The notes beneath the pieces are model-generated. The model had not been told where the DNA came from. It was given only the letters and a program-made list of their open reading frames with translations, and made no database searches. A program made the position numbers and the translations under genes. This document shows, piece by piece, positions 17,630 to 26,501 of a stretch of DNA of 45,822 nt. This DNA comes from an uncultured bacterium (GTDB taxonomy: Bacteria; Bipolaricaulota; Bipolaricaulia; UBA7950; UBA9294), in contig CAIMCX010000039.1 in the NCBI GenBank assembly GCA_903839615.1, forward strand, positions 1-45,822. The letters are read 5' to 3'. The first letter of the stretch is position 1. Each line of letters opens with the position of its first letter.

Positions 17630-18666
17630 ATGTCGCGGATGTCGAGATAGAGAGGGCGCGTCGGAACCTCAAGAGAACGCAGCGGAAACACCACCGTGCG
17701 GTAGTGGAGCACCGTCTCCGGCCAGAAGTGCGGCAGGCGCGCCAGAGGATCGTCCCGATACATAAACAGAGTCAGGATGTCGATTTCCGTCGCATAGGCG
17801 ATGTGCCGAATGCGGCCGACGAGCGCCCGGAGCAGTCGGTGTCCGTCGGGGCCCGCGCAGACGGGGTCGAAGAGCTGGAGGTACACGAGCTCTTGCCCGA
17901 CCGTAGGCACGCGGGGCACGGGAAACAGATGCGCGAGTGGATTCAGGAACCAGCCGAGCGAACGGAGCGACAGCGGCATGTGCAGGACGCGGCCGCGGTA
18001 GATCGCCGAGAGATCCCATGCGCTGAGTTGTGCGAAGGAGTTCCGAGCCTCGAGGCGATAGATGCCTTTCAGGTACCCGAGCTCCGCGCCACGCTCGTAG
18101 GCGGCGGCGAAATGGCACGGCTTGAGAGAGCGCGTGCCGACGGCACGGTCGATCCGTGCGACTTCGGCTCCGAGGTCATCGAGATGCGGGTCGAGGGGAG
18201 CTGTGCGGCCCCGCAGCGCCGGCAGCGTGAGGATGTCGAACGATGCGGCCTCACGCGCCCCCATCCGTGTCACGACACTGAGCGAATCGTAATTGTCGCA
18301 CTTCACGTGCCCGTAGAGGAACGCGGCGCCCGCCGCCTTGACCTCCTCATGGACCGCCTGCCACAGGCGGAGGAGTCCTCGCTTCATGCTGCGGCGATAC
18401 TCGGGATCGCCGCGCAGATCGTAGAAGTACGCTACTCGATCGGGTGAGCCGCCGAGGAGAACGTCCTTCAGTGCGAACGCCATGATGCCGACGATACGCC
18501 CGTTCTCCGTGGCGAGGAGGACCCTCGCCTGGTCGTGCATGCGAGAGCGGTAGAAGTAGTCGGCTCGATCGATCAGGATCGAAATGCCTGTTCCCTGAGG
18601 GCTTGTGGCCTCGAGGCGGAGAAGAGCTTCGTTGTCGCCCGGCGTAGCCTCGCGAATCGAGAACAC
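17626..18666 (-). CDS. GNAT-family N-acetyltransferase with a C-terminal extension
   Basis: GTG start behind AAAGGAGAG. IREATPGDNEALLRLE....IVGIMAF....RRSMKRGLLRLW resembles the GNAT acetyl-CoA motif region. 346 aa. Confidence 0.65.
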   Translation of the reverse strand: MFSIREATPGDNEALLRLEATSPQGTGISILIDRADYFYRSRMHDQARVLLATENGRIVGIMAFALKDVLLGGSPDRVAYFYDLRGDPEYRRSMKRGLLRLWQAVHEEVKAAGAAFLYGHVKCDNYDSLSVVTRMGAREAASFDILTLPALRGRTAPLDPHLDDLGAEVARIDRAVGTRSLKPCHFAAAYERGAELGYLKGIYRLEARNSFAQLSAWDLSAIYRGRVLHMPLSLRSLGWFLNPLAHLFPVPRVPTVGQELVYLQLFDPVCAGPDGHRLLRALVGRIRHIAYATEIDILTLFMYRDDPLARLPHFWPETVLHYRTVVFPLRSLEVPTRPLYLDIRDI

Positions 18667-18743
18667 CGCTCTCCTTTCTTCGCGCCCGAAGGGTCCGAGT
18701 TGCAGCCCGGTTGTCGGCGTTCCGACCCCAACCGATGGCCGCC

Positions 18744-19736
18744 CTACGCCGCGTTCCTGCCGCTACGGCGCTCGCTGGGCGCCGCCGCCTCGTGTTGCTC
18801 ATAAGCCTCGATGATTCGGGCGACGAGCGGGTGGCGGACGACGTCCGACTTGTCGAGGTAGACAAACGAGATTCCGTCGATGTTGCAGAGGACATCCTGC
18901 ACGGAGATGAGCCCAGACACGCGCTCCTCGAGATCCACCTGCGTGATGTCGCCGGTAATGATCGCCTTGGAGTTGAACCCGAGCCGGGTGAGGAACATCT
19001 TCATCTGGGTGGAGGTCGTGTTCTGCGCTTCATCGAGGAGGACGAAGCTGTTGTTCAGCGTGCGGCCGCGCATGAAGGCGAGCGGTGCCATCTCGATCTT
19101 GCCGTACTCGAACAGTTTCTCGAACTCGCTCGACGGGATCATATCGAACATCGCGTCGTAGAGAGGCCGGAGATACGGGCTTACCTTCGCCTGGATGTCA
19201 CCGGGCAGGAAGCCGAGCTCCTCACCGGCCTCGACGGCCGGCCGCGTCAAGATGATGCGCTTCACCTTCTCGCGCTTGAGGTAGTCGATCGCCTGCGCCA
19301 CAGCCAGGTATGTCTTTCCCGTCCCCGCGGGGCCAATGGCGAAAACGACGTCGCTGTCTCGCACGGCTTGGACGTAGCGGTGTTGGCCCACAGTCTTGGC
19401 GCGGATCTCCTCGCCCCAATGGGTGACTCGAACTACGTCGGATAGGACAGACTGCACGCCGACTCCGGCCTTGACCTGTTCAATGAGGTAGTGCACATCA
19501 GACGCCGACGGGCAGTGGTTGTTCTGGATGAGCGAGAGGAGTTTCTCGAACAGGACGCGCAGGCGCTCGACCTCGTCGGGCGCTCCCTGGATCCGCACGC
19601 TCTCCCCACGCGCGACGATCTTCGCGTCGAACGCATGCTCAATTTCCTTGAGATTGCGGTTGTACTGCCCGAACAGCGCCGCAGCTTCCGCGTCATCGCG
19701 AAGTGTGATTTCAGTCTGCACGGTGTGGTCCGTCAT
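18744..19736 (-). CDS. phoH: PhoH-family ATPase
   Basis: FAIGPAGTGKTYLAVAQAI (Walker A), RIILTRPAVEAGEELGFLPGD, VLLDEAQN. Start at ATG 19736 behind AAGGAG. The longer track ORF (to 20273) overlaps mtaB. Confidence 0.9.
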   Translation of the reverse strand: MTDHTVQTEITLRDDAEAAALFGQYNRNLKEIEHAFDAKIVARGESVRIQGAPDEVERLRVLFEKLLSLIQNNHCPSASDVHYLIEQVKAGVGVQSVLSDVVRVTHWGEEIRAKTVGQHRYVQAVRDSDVVFAIGPAGTGKTYLAVAQAIDYLKREKVKRIILTRPAVEAGEELGFLPGDIQAKVSPYLRPLYDAMFDMIPSSEFEKLFEYGKIEMAPLAFMRGRTLNNSFVLLDEAQNTTSTQMKMFLTRLGFNSKAIITGDITQVDLEERVSGLISVQDVLCNIDGISFVYLDKSDVVRHPLVARIIEAYEQHEAAAPSERRSGRNAA

Positions 19737-21009
19737 GGACTCCTTCGAGGCCTCTCTCCGAAGCTCCGGTGATGCGAACGCGGCACAAGGTTCCCACGCA
19801 AACCGGATCGTCGGACGCGAATACCGCTTCGAGGTAGGTTCCGGTGTGCCCGCTCCACCGACCCCCGCGCCGCCCCTCGACGAGAACATCTTCGATGCCA
19901 CCCAGGCGGGCGTCAAGCGCGCGACGCCGCACCGCGTTCCCAAGAAGAGAGAGCCGCTCGGCGCGGTCTCGCTTGACGGACTCGGGGACGATCGGCGCAA
20001 GGCGGGCGGCCTCCGTTCCCGGCCGAGCGGAGTACCGGAAGACGTGGAGATTCGCGAACCCAATGTCGTCAACAGCGCGACACGTCGCATCGAACGCAGC
20101 GTCGGTCTCCCCCGGAAACCCGACGATGATGTCGGTGCCGAAGGTCGCGTAGGGCAGACGGTTGCTGATCCGGGCGACCGCGCTTCGAAAGCTGGAGATC
20201 GTGTAAGGGCGGCGCATCGAGTGGAGAACGCGATCGTCCCCGCTCTGTAGTGGGAGATGGAAGTGAGGCGCAAAGCGGGAATCGTTCACGAAGACGTCGA
20301 GGAGATCATCCGTGATCCCCGTCACATTGGCTGACGCGACGCGCAGCCGAACGAGCCCCGTCAGCTTGAGAAGAGATCGGGCGAGGGCCGGGAGCCCTCC
20401 GTCCGGCGCGGCGTACTCCGCAAGGCTCACTCCCGTGAGGACGATCTCGGGGAATCCGTGGTCGAGGAGCTGCTGCGCTTCGAGAACCGCCGCGCGCAGG
20501 CTCTTGGACCGCGGGGCGCCGCGCAGCTGCACGGCGCGGCAGTACGAACACGCCCCCGAGCACCCGTCCTGGACTTTGAGAAAGGCACGGATGCGATCGC
20601 GGGGGCCTGCGGAGGCTTCGTCGTCGAGCGAGGGAAGATCCACGACGTCAAGACGCCCGCGGCGGCCGGCAAGTGCCTGCGCGACCGCATCCGGGATGCG
20701 CGATCTCCAGCCGACTCCGGCCACTGCATCGGCTCCCTCGATCCGGGTCATGCCGCGGCTCATCGCCTCTCCGAGGCACCCTGTGATCAGAATGAGCGCT
20801 TCAGGCGAGGACGCGCGCAAGCGGTGCAAGGCCTGCCGCGCCTTCTTCTCTGCAAGACTCGTCACGCTGCATCCGTTCACGATGTAGACGTCGACCTCTC
20901 CCTCTTCGACCAGCTCGCATGAAGACTCGAGCAGAAAGCGCATAGCATCCGTGTCGTACTGGTTGACGCGGCAACCGAAGGTGATCAAGGCGACCCGAGG
21001 TCTCCTCAT
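19711..21009 (-). CDS. mtaB: Radical-SAM methylthiotransferase, MtaB-like (tRNA ms2t6A)
   Basis: ITFGCRVNQYDTDAM (UPF0004 domain), VQDGCSGACSYC (CxxxCxxC radical-SAM cluster) and a C-terminal TRAM-like region. Start chosen at ATG 21009. Confidence 0.8.
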   Translation of the reverse strand: MRRPRVALITFGCRVNQYDTDAMRFLLESSCELVEEGEVDVYIVNGCSVTSLAEKKARQALHRLRASSPEALILITGCLGEAMSRGMTRIEGADAVAGVGWRSRIPDAVAQALAGRRGRLDVVDLPSLDDEASAGPRDRIRAFLKVQDGCSGACSYCRAVQLRGAPRSKSLRAAVLEAQQLLDHGFPEIVLTGVSLAEYAAPDGGLPALARSLLKLTGLVRLRVASANVTGITDDLLDVFVNDSRFAPHFHLPLQSGDDRVLHSMRRPYTISSFRSAVARISNRLPYATFGTDIIVGFPGETDAAFDATCRAVDDIGFANLHVFRYSARPGTEAARLAPIVPESVKRDRAERLSLLGNAVRRRALDARLGGIEDVLVEGRRGGRWSGHTGTYLEAVFASDDPVCVGTLCRVRITGASERGLEGVHDGPHRAD

Positions 21010-21160
21010 CCTCGCGGCCGCCTCCGCAGGGTACGTGGCGCGGTGCTTGGTGCTCGCTGCGCAAGGGCAAGAGTACAGTTCCAATCCACGATGGGAAGGA
21101 TATCGGCGGCCGCAGCGCTGTCAACGATCGCTGCGAAGCGGCTTCGGAATGTCACTCTGG

Positions 21161-21189
21161 TTGACAGGAGTTCATTCTTGTGATAGGGT
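21161..21189 (+). promoter_or_regulatory. Candidate promoter for the LCP-rsfS operon
   Basis: TTGACA (21161-21166), 17-nt spacer ending in TGa (extended -10), TAGGGT (21184-21189). ATG 21208 is preceded by GGGGG. Confidence 0.45.
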
Positions 21190-21207
21190 CAGTGTCGGGG
21201 GAATCGC

Positions 21208-22362
21208 ATGAGGGGAAGTCCGGTCCGCAAGACCATTTTCTACGGCGCGGCCGGTGCTATTCTCTGCGCCGTGGCGTTGCTCGTCTGGGTGTTTGCAGCA
21301 ACGCCGGAGCACACTCGTTGGTCTGCCGACGGTTTCGGCACGCTGCTCTGGGTCATCGAAGGGAAGACCCCGGACGGTGTCGGGGCGACGTCGATGGGAA
21401 TCGTCAGTCTGTCTTCGACCGGCAACGCCGTCGTCTTCGTTCCAAGCGATGTCTCAGTCAAGGACCGCGATGGACGTCTCGTCCAGCTCGGCGACCTGGG
21501 GGCGGGCGACGGCTGGCCAGCTTGCTGCGCTTCCCTAGGCGTCCTCCTCGGCATTCCCGTGGACGGCTTCGTCATCGCGACATCCAATGACGTGGTCTCG
21601 CTGTGCGCCGACGTGGGTCCCGTCGAGATCGATGTTCCCGCTGTCGTGACGTGCCGTGGATCCTCTGCGGGTGACGGGCCCACGGTCATCGATCGGGGAA
21701 AGCAGTCCTTGTCGGGAGACGAGGTTCTCGCCTACGTCGGAGGGACTTCGGGGAAGGAAACGTTGATCCAACGCGAGGAGCGAGCGTTGCGCGGGATCCT
21801 CGCCGCGGCCCAGCGTGCGGCCGCGGCGGGGCAGCTGCCGAGGCAGATCCACCTGCGGTCGAGCGCCGGCGACAGTCAACTCGCTGCGGTGTGGAACGCC
21901 CTGGCCCGTAAGGACGCACCGCTCACGGTGAAGGAACTCCCGACCACAGTCGTGGTTCGCGATGGAGTCGCGCGCCGCGCAGCGATGGTCGTCGAGGCCG
22001 ACAAGCTCGTTGCGTCCACGGTGCGCGCCAAGGACCTCCTGACATCCGATGACATCTCTGTCGCCGTCTTCAACGGAAGCGGCGCGCGGCTTGCCGCGAC
22101 GCGCGCCGCCCAGTACCTGCAGGCTCGCGGCTTCCGCGTGCCCCGTGTTGGGAACGCTGACAGCTTCACCTACACTACGACCGTGATCATCCGCTTGACC
22201 GACGAAGCGAAGGCGTGGATCCTTCGCGATGCACTGCCCGGTGCGGCGAAGGTCGTGACCCCAGCGGAGTTTGGAGCGGGCTATGAATCCCTGCGGCCCA
22301 TGGTGCCGCTCGGGACGGACCTTGTCCTGGTTGTGGGAGATGGAATGGAGTTTGGTTCATGA
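21208..22362 (+). CDS. LCP (LytR-CpsA-Psr)-like protein with a C-terminal LytR_C domain
   Basis: N-terminal TM helix, LCP-like core (...LGIPVDGFVIATSNDVVSLCADVGPVEIDVP) and a LytR_C pattern (ISVAVFNGSGARLAATRAAQYLQARGFRV..VGNAD). Confidence 0.65.
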   Translation: MRGSPVRKTIFYGAAGAILCAVALLVWVFAATPEHTRWSADGFGTLLWVIEGKTPDGVGATSMGIVSLSSTGNAVVFVPSDVSVKDRDGRLVQLGDLGAGDGWPACCASLGVLLGIPVDGFVIATSNDVVSLCADVGPVEIDVPAVVTCRGSSAGDGPTVIDRGKQSLSGDEVLAYVGGTSGKETLIQREERALRGILAAAQRAAAAGQLPRQIHLRSSAGDSQLAAVWNALARKDAPLTVKELPTTVVVRDGVARRAAMVVEADKLVASTVRAKDLLTSDDISVAVFNGSGARLAATRAAQYLQARGFRVPRVGNADSFTYTTTVIIRLTDEAKAWILRDALPGAAKVVTPAEFGAGYESLRPMVPLGTDLVLVVGDGMEFGS

Positions 22363-22715
22363 GCGAGCAATCCTTGTTGCGGCGTGCTGCGAAGATCATC
22401 GAGGAGAAGAAGGGCGAGAAGATCGTTGCGATCGACCTGTCCGACGTCTCGATCCCCACGAGCTACTTCCTCATTGCCGAGGCGGACAACCCCGTGCATG
22501 CAAAGGCCCTTGTCTCTGCGCTTCGTGAGTCGCTCCCGGAAAGACCCTACCACGCGGAAGGTCTCTCCGAGCGGAGGTGGGTCGTGCTTGACTACGGAGA
22601 CGTGGTGATCCATATCTTCAACCGCGAGGCCCGTGTGTTCTACGACATCGAGTCTCTCTGGGCCGACCACCTGATGCCGCTCGACGGCCCGTCTCCCTCC
22701 GAGAGCGCGGCCTAG
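22359..22715 (+). CDS. rsfS: Ribosome silencing factor RsfS
   Basis: KKGEKIVAIDLSDVSIPTSYFLIAEADNPVHAKAL...WVVLDYGDVVIHIF...R.FYDIESLW. ATGA overlap with the upstream gene. Confidence 0.9.
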   Translation: MSEQSLLRRAAKIIEEKKGEKIVAIDLSDVSIPTSYFLIAEADNPVHAKALVSALRESLPERPYHAEGLSERRWVVLDYGDVVIHIFNREARVFYDIESLWADHLMPLDGPSPSESAA

Positions 22716-25636
22716 TCGGAGCGGCGGCTCGGGCAAAGCCCGGCGTAGGCGCAGTAGCGACACGCTTGGTACGTCGGCTCTCCCGGGAACGCCTTGGCGC
22801 GGACTCCGCGGGCGACTGTGTCGATCTCCGTCCGAGCTCGGTCGACGGCGCGCTCAGTGGGGGCGGCTCCTCCCACGACGACGAAAGGAGTCAGGAACCG
22901 CAACTCAACCGAGGCTGGGAGATCGCCGAACATGCGTTCGTAGGCGAGAGAGTAAATCCCAAGCTGTCGGCTCTCTCTGGCCCGCGCCCGCGCCTCATCC
23001 GGCGTGAGCGGCGAGCTCGTCTTGTAGTCAATCAATCGCCCGCCGGTCCCTAGGATGTCGATGCGGTCGAAGGCGCCGACGAGACGGACCTCTCCGTCGA
23101 CGAGGGAGAACCGACGCTCCACGTACGCCGGGACGATGCCCTCCGCCTCCTCGAATGCGTGGAACGAACGCAGCGCCTCAAGCCCTTCCTGCAATCGAAG
23201 CTCTTCATGCTGGCGGGTGAGGAACCCCTCCGACGTCCAATGACTGCGAAAGACCTCCTGTAAGCTCGCAAGCGGGGTGGAGTGTCCCGTGGTGCGGTTC
23301 ATGTTGTAGAGCCGAATCGCTTGATGGACTGCGTTCCCGTAGACGAGCGCATGGTGCGGCCGGACGGGAATGCCAAGCACGTGGGCATAGCGGTACTTGA
23401 GAGGGCACGTGAGGTAGTCGTCGACCTGGCGGAAGCTGAGAGTCAGCTCGCCCTCAGGCGGCCGTGCCTGCGATGTCTTCGATTCTGCTGATGGGGGTTC
23501 GGCCGCCCGACGCTGCCGGACCACGGGCGCAAGCGGTTCGCTCTGCGCAAGCCGCAGCTCGCTCGCATCAAGGTCGAGCGCCTCCGACACGAAGAGGCTC
23601 GGCTTACGGGTCCGCTTGCCCCCCACATCCTGGGAACTTGTGAGGTACACGTCCTCCTTCGCGCGGGTCATTCCAACGTAGAACAACCGGCGCTCCTCCT
23701 GTAGGTGGAAGTCCCCACCTGTGACGAGATCCCTCACGAGCGCGTCGGGGAGTTGGAGCACATCGTGGCGGTCGGGCGAAGGGAAGCGTCCGGATACAAG
23801 GTCCACGAGGAAGACGACTGGGAACTCAAGGCCCTTCGCCTGATGGATCGTCAACACCGACACGGCGTCGGCGTCGGGAGAAGCGTCGCCGACCGGAGGA
23901 TTGTCCCCCGCTTCGATCAGGGCATCGAGGTAGTCGACGAACCAGGCGACTCGATCGTAGCGCGCGAGGGCGCTGAATCGCTCCACAATGGTGAACAGCT
24001 TCGCGAGGTTCTGAGCGCGCTGGACGTCGGCGGAGGCCTGGGAATTCGCGAGTCTTTCGATCGTCCCGGTCTGCGCAGAGAGGTACTGGTAGAGTACTTC
24101 CCCGGTTCGCTCTCGCGTCGAGAGCGAGATCATCGCCGTGAGGTCGCCGCAGAGGCGGGCGATCGTTTCGTCGTCCCCAACGGTCGCATCGAAGGGCGAA
24201 GGCTGCCCGCGCGTGGCGCGGAGAAGGTCGAGGAGCCCGATGTGCTGCCGTCGCGCGAGCGCAGTTGCGCGGGCGAGGACCTCGGGGTCAAGGTTGTAGA
24301 GGAATGAACTCGCGAGATAATGGAGTGAGACGTCATCGCGGGGGTCGGCGAGGACTCGGAGGAACGCGACCGTCGCCCGGACCTCCTCCTGGTCGTAGAG
24401 GCCGCGGCTGCCAGAGAAGCGCCACGGAATGCGAAGCATGTTCAGGGCGCGCAGGAATCCCGCCGCAGCTGCGTTGGAGCGAACGAGAACGGCGAAGTCA
24501 GAGTAGCGTCGTCCCTCGTGGAGGGCGCGATCGTGGATCACGCAAGCGACGTGATCGGCTTCCTCGCCCTGCGTAGCAAAGTGAGACTGATGCGGACTCC
24601 GCCCGGCGCCCGTGACACCGCGTAGCTTCTTTGGAATGGACCGGCGGACTTCGAGTCGGTCAGGGTTGTTGTTCTGAATGAGGCGGTAGGCGGCATCGAG
24701 AATGGCTTGAGTGGACCGGTAGTTCTCCTCAAGGACGACGAGGTCCGCGTCGGGGTACGTGTCCTGGAATCCGAGGATGTTCGAAATCGCGGCGCCCCGG
24801 AACTTGTAGATCGACTGGTCGTCATCGCCGCACGCCGTGATGTTTCGGTGCGCAGCGAGGAGCTTGAGGAGCTCGAACTGGGCGTAGTTCGTGTCCTGAA
24901 ACTCATCGACCAGAATGGCGCGGAAGCGGCGCTGCGTTCGCGCCAAGACGGTCGGGTGGTCACGGAAGAGACGAAGCGCGAGCGCGATCAGATCGCCGAA
25001 ATCGACCAGCCCGTGGCGCAGGAGGAGCGACTGGTATCCGCCATACGTCGCTGCCAGTTCCCGCTGCCGTGCGAGTTCATCCGCGAATCCTGCGTCTTCA
25101 TCGACGGGCGATCCTGCGGCCGCGTGTCGCTCGACGTACTCCGAGTACTGCTCAGGTGTGACATCCTCATCCTTTGCTCGCGAGAAGAGGGTAAGGATCG
25201 AGCGGAGGTGGTGGAGCGGGTTCCCGAGGGGACGAAGGCGATGGAGGGGCAGTTCGAACAGGTGCTCCTTCAGGAAGATTGCTTCCTCTGCCTCGGTGAG
25301 GATTCGGTACTCAGGCGATAGGCCCAGGAGGATTGCGTTCTCTCGAACGATCCGATCGCAGAAGGAGTGAAATGTTCCGATCTGGGCCTCGACATAGCCA
25401 TAGGGGACGAGGCGGTCGACGCGCTCCTCCATCTCCGCTGCTGCTTTCTCGGTGAACGTGAGTGCGAGAATCTCCGCAGCGCGGACTCGCTTCTCGGCGA
25501 TGAGCCAGGCAATGCGCCGCGTGATGACCGTCGTCTTCCCCGTGCCGACGCCCGCAACCACCAGTAGGGGCCCGTCGCGATGCGTGACCGCTTCGCGTTG
25601 CCTCGGATTCAGGTCGCTGACGAGATCCGGGCTCAT
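22712..25636 (-). CDS. UvrD/PcrA-type SF1 helicase fused to a C-terminal PD-(D/E)XK nuclease with a Cas4/AddB-like 4-Cys cluster
   Basis: LNPRQREAV..LLVVAGVGTGKTTV (Walker A), ILVDEFQDTN, VLTIHQAKGLEFPVVF. The C-terminal part has CPLKYRY...GNAVHQ...DRIDIL...LIDYKTS...CRYCAYAGLC (C-Xn-C-X2-C-X5-C). Confidence 0.85.
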   Translation of the reverse strand: MSPDLVSDLNPRQREAVTHRDGPLLVVAGVGTGKTTVITRRIAWLIAEKRVRAAEILALTFTEKAAAEMEERVDRLVPYGYVEAQIGTFHSFCDRIVRENAILLGLSPEYRILTEAEEAIFLKEHLFELPLHRLRPLGNPLHHLRSILTLFSRAKDEDVTPEQYSEYVERHAAAGSPVDEDAGFADELARQRELAATYGGYQSLLLRHGLVDFGDLIALALRLFRDHPTVLARTQRRFRAILVDEFQDTNYAQFELLKLLAAHRNITACGDDDQSIYKFRGAAISNILGFQDTYPDADLVVLEENYRSTQAILDAAYRLIQNNNPDRLEVRRSIPKKLRGVTGAGRSPHQSHFATQGEEADHVACVIHDRALHEGRRYSDFAVLVRSNAAAAGFLRALNMLRIPWRFSGSRGLYDQEEVRATVAFLRVLADPRDDVSLHYLASSFLYNLDPEVLARATALARRQHIGLLDLLRATRGQPSPFDATVGDDETIARLCGDLTAMISLSTRERTGEVLYQYLSAQTGTIERLANSQASADVQRAQNLAKLFTIVERFSALARYDRVAWFVDYLDALIEAGDNPPVGDASPDADAVSVLTIHQAKGLEFPVVFLVDLVSGRFPSPDRHDVLQLPDALVRDLVTGGDFHLQEERRLFYVGMTRAKEDVYLTSSQDVGGKRTRKPSLFVSEALDLDASELRLAQSEPLAPVVRQRRAAEPPSAESKTSQARPPEGELTLSFRQVDDYLTCPLKYRYAHVLGIPVRPHHALVYGNAVHQAIRLYNMNRTTGHSTPLASLQEVFRSHWTSEGFLTRQHEELRLQEGLEALRSFHAFEEAEGIVPAYVERRFSLVDGEVRLVGAFDRIDILGTGGRLIDYKTSSPLTPDEARARARESRQLGIYSLAYERMFGDLPASVELRFLTPFVVVGGAAPTERAVDRARTEIDTVARGVRAKAFPGEPTYQACRYCAYAGLCPSRRSD

Positions 25637-25918
25637 CGAACCTCTCGGTCGCCGGCGAGCGGGACCGCCCTTCGTCGTCGGGGAGTGAGATTACCGAGGA
25701 AGTCCAGACTCATCGATCCTCCCAATTGCTGGTGCCGTCAGCGACAGCGAGGAAAGGCCTTTCGTGGGCACCAGCGCCGTGCGCTGATGCTCATGGAGGG
25801 CGAAGACAAAGCCCACGGATACCTCCTTACCTGGGCAGGGGACGAAACGAGTCCCCATTCTGGGTCCTCGAACGACCCACGGTCCGCGGCGGCCAGAATA
25901 CGAAGCAAGAGCAGCAAG

Positions 25919-25953
25919 GCGAAAAAGAAGGGGAAGCCGAAGCTTCCCCTTTC
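25919..25953 (-). terminator. Rho-independent terminator downstream of the HU gene
   Basis: Minus strand reads AAGGGGAAGC-TTCG-GCTTCCCCTT followed by CTTTTTCG. The stem is also followed by T-runs on the plus strand, so it may act in both directions. Confidence 0.6.
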
Positions 25954-26000
25954 CTCACTTTTTCTGTAGGCTGCCCAAAGGCAGCGAGCCCTACTTGGCC

Positions 26001-26297
26001 CTACCTCTTCGTCGCGGCGGCCTTCTTGGCGACGATGTCCTTCAGGTTCTTCCCGGCCTTGAAGGCGGGGACGACCTTGGCCGGGGTCTTGATGCGCTGC
26101 CCGGTCTGCGGGTTCATCCGTGTCGTCGCCTTGCGCTTCCGGGTCTCGAACTTCCCGAACCCGGTGATGATCACTGGCTCGTTCTTTGCCAGTGCCTGCG
26201 TGATCACATCGACCACGCCATCGAGTGCCGCCCGTGCGTCCTTCTTGGTGAGCCCGGTGCCCTTCGCCAGCTTCTCGACGAGTTCTGCCTTGTTCAC
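26001..26297 (-). CDS. hup: HU-family DNA-binding protein
   Basis: (V)NKAELVEKLA...LTKKDA..ALD...GFGKFETRKRKATTRMNPQTGQRIKTPAKVVPAFKAGKNLKD. Start set at GTG 26297 behind GGGGG. The ATG at 26339 would lie inside the predicted promoter. Confidence 0.9.
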   Translation of the reverse strand: MNKAELVEKLAKGTGLTKKDARAALDGVVDVITQALAKNEPVIITGFGKFETRKRKATTRMNPQTGQRIKTPAKVVPAFKAGKNLKDIVAKKAAATKR

Positions 26298-26329
26298 GTC
26301 GTACCCCCTAGGTATGAGGATCTGCCGCC

Positions 26330-26358
26330 AGTATGGCAACGCACGATGCCTTTGTCAA
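26330..26358 (-). promoter_or_regulatory. Candidate promoter of the HU gene
   Basis: Minus strand has TTGACA (26358-26353), a 17-nt spacer and CATACT (26335-26330). Confidence 0.5.
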
Positions 26359-26501
26359 GTCTACAGCGCAGTGTGTGCGGGGCTTTCTGCCCCGTCATGC
26401 ACGAGAACGCTGTTCCGTACGTCAATACAGAGCGGTCCGCAGGAAAGCGCCGACCCACTGCCGCGTGCCATCGAGCGCTCCCCAGCGCCCAGGAGCTAGG
26501 G

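Noticed and set aside
25784-25856. Hammerhead-ribozyme-like fragments (CTGATGC ... GACGAAAC ... GTC).
   Set aside because: The core is imperfect (CUGAUGC rather than CUGAUGA). I cannot draw stems I, II and III with sensible lengths. GGGGAC-GAAACGA-GTCCCC is simply a small hairpin.
26377-26395. Hairpin GCGGGGC-TTTCT-GCCCCGT downstream of the aminotransferase as a terminator.
   Set aside because: There is no U-tract on the relevant (minus) strand, so it is too weak to call.
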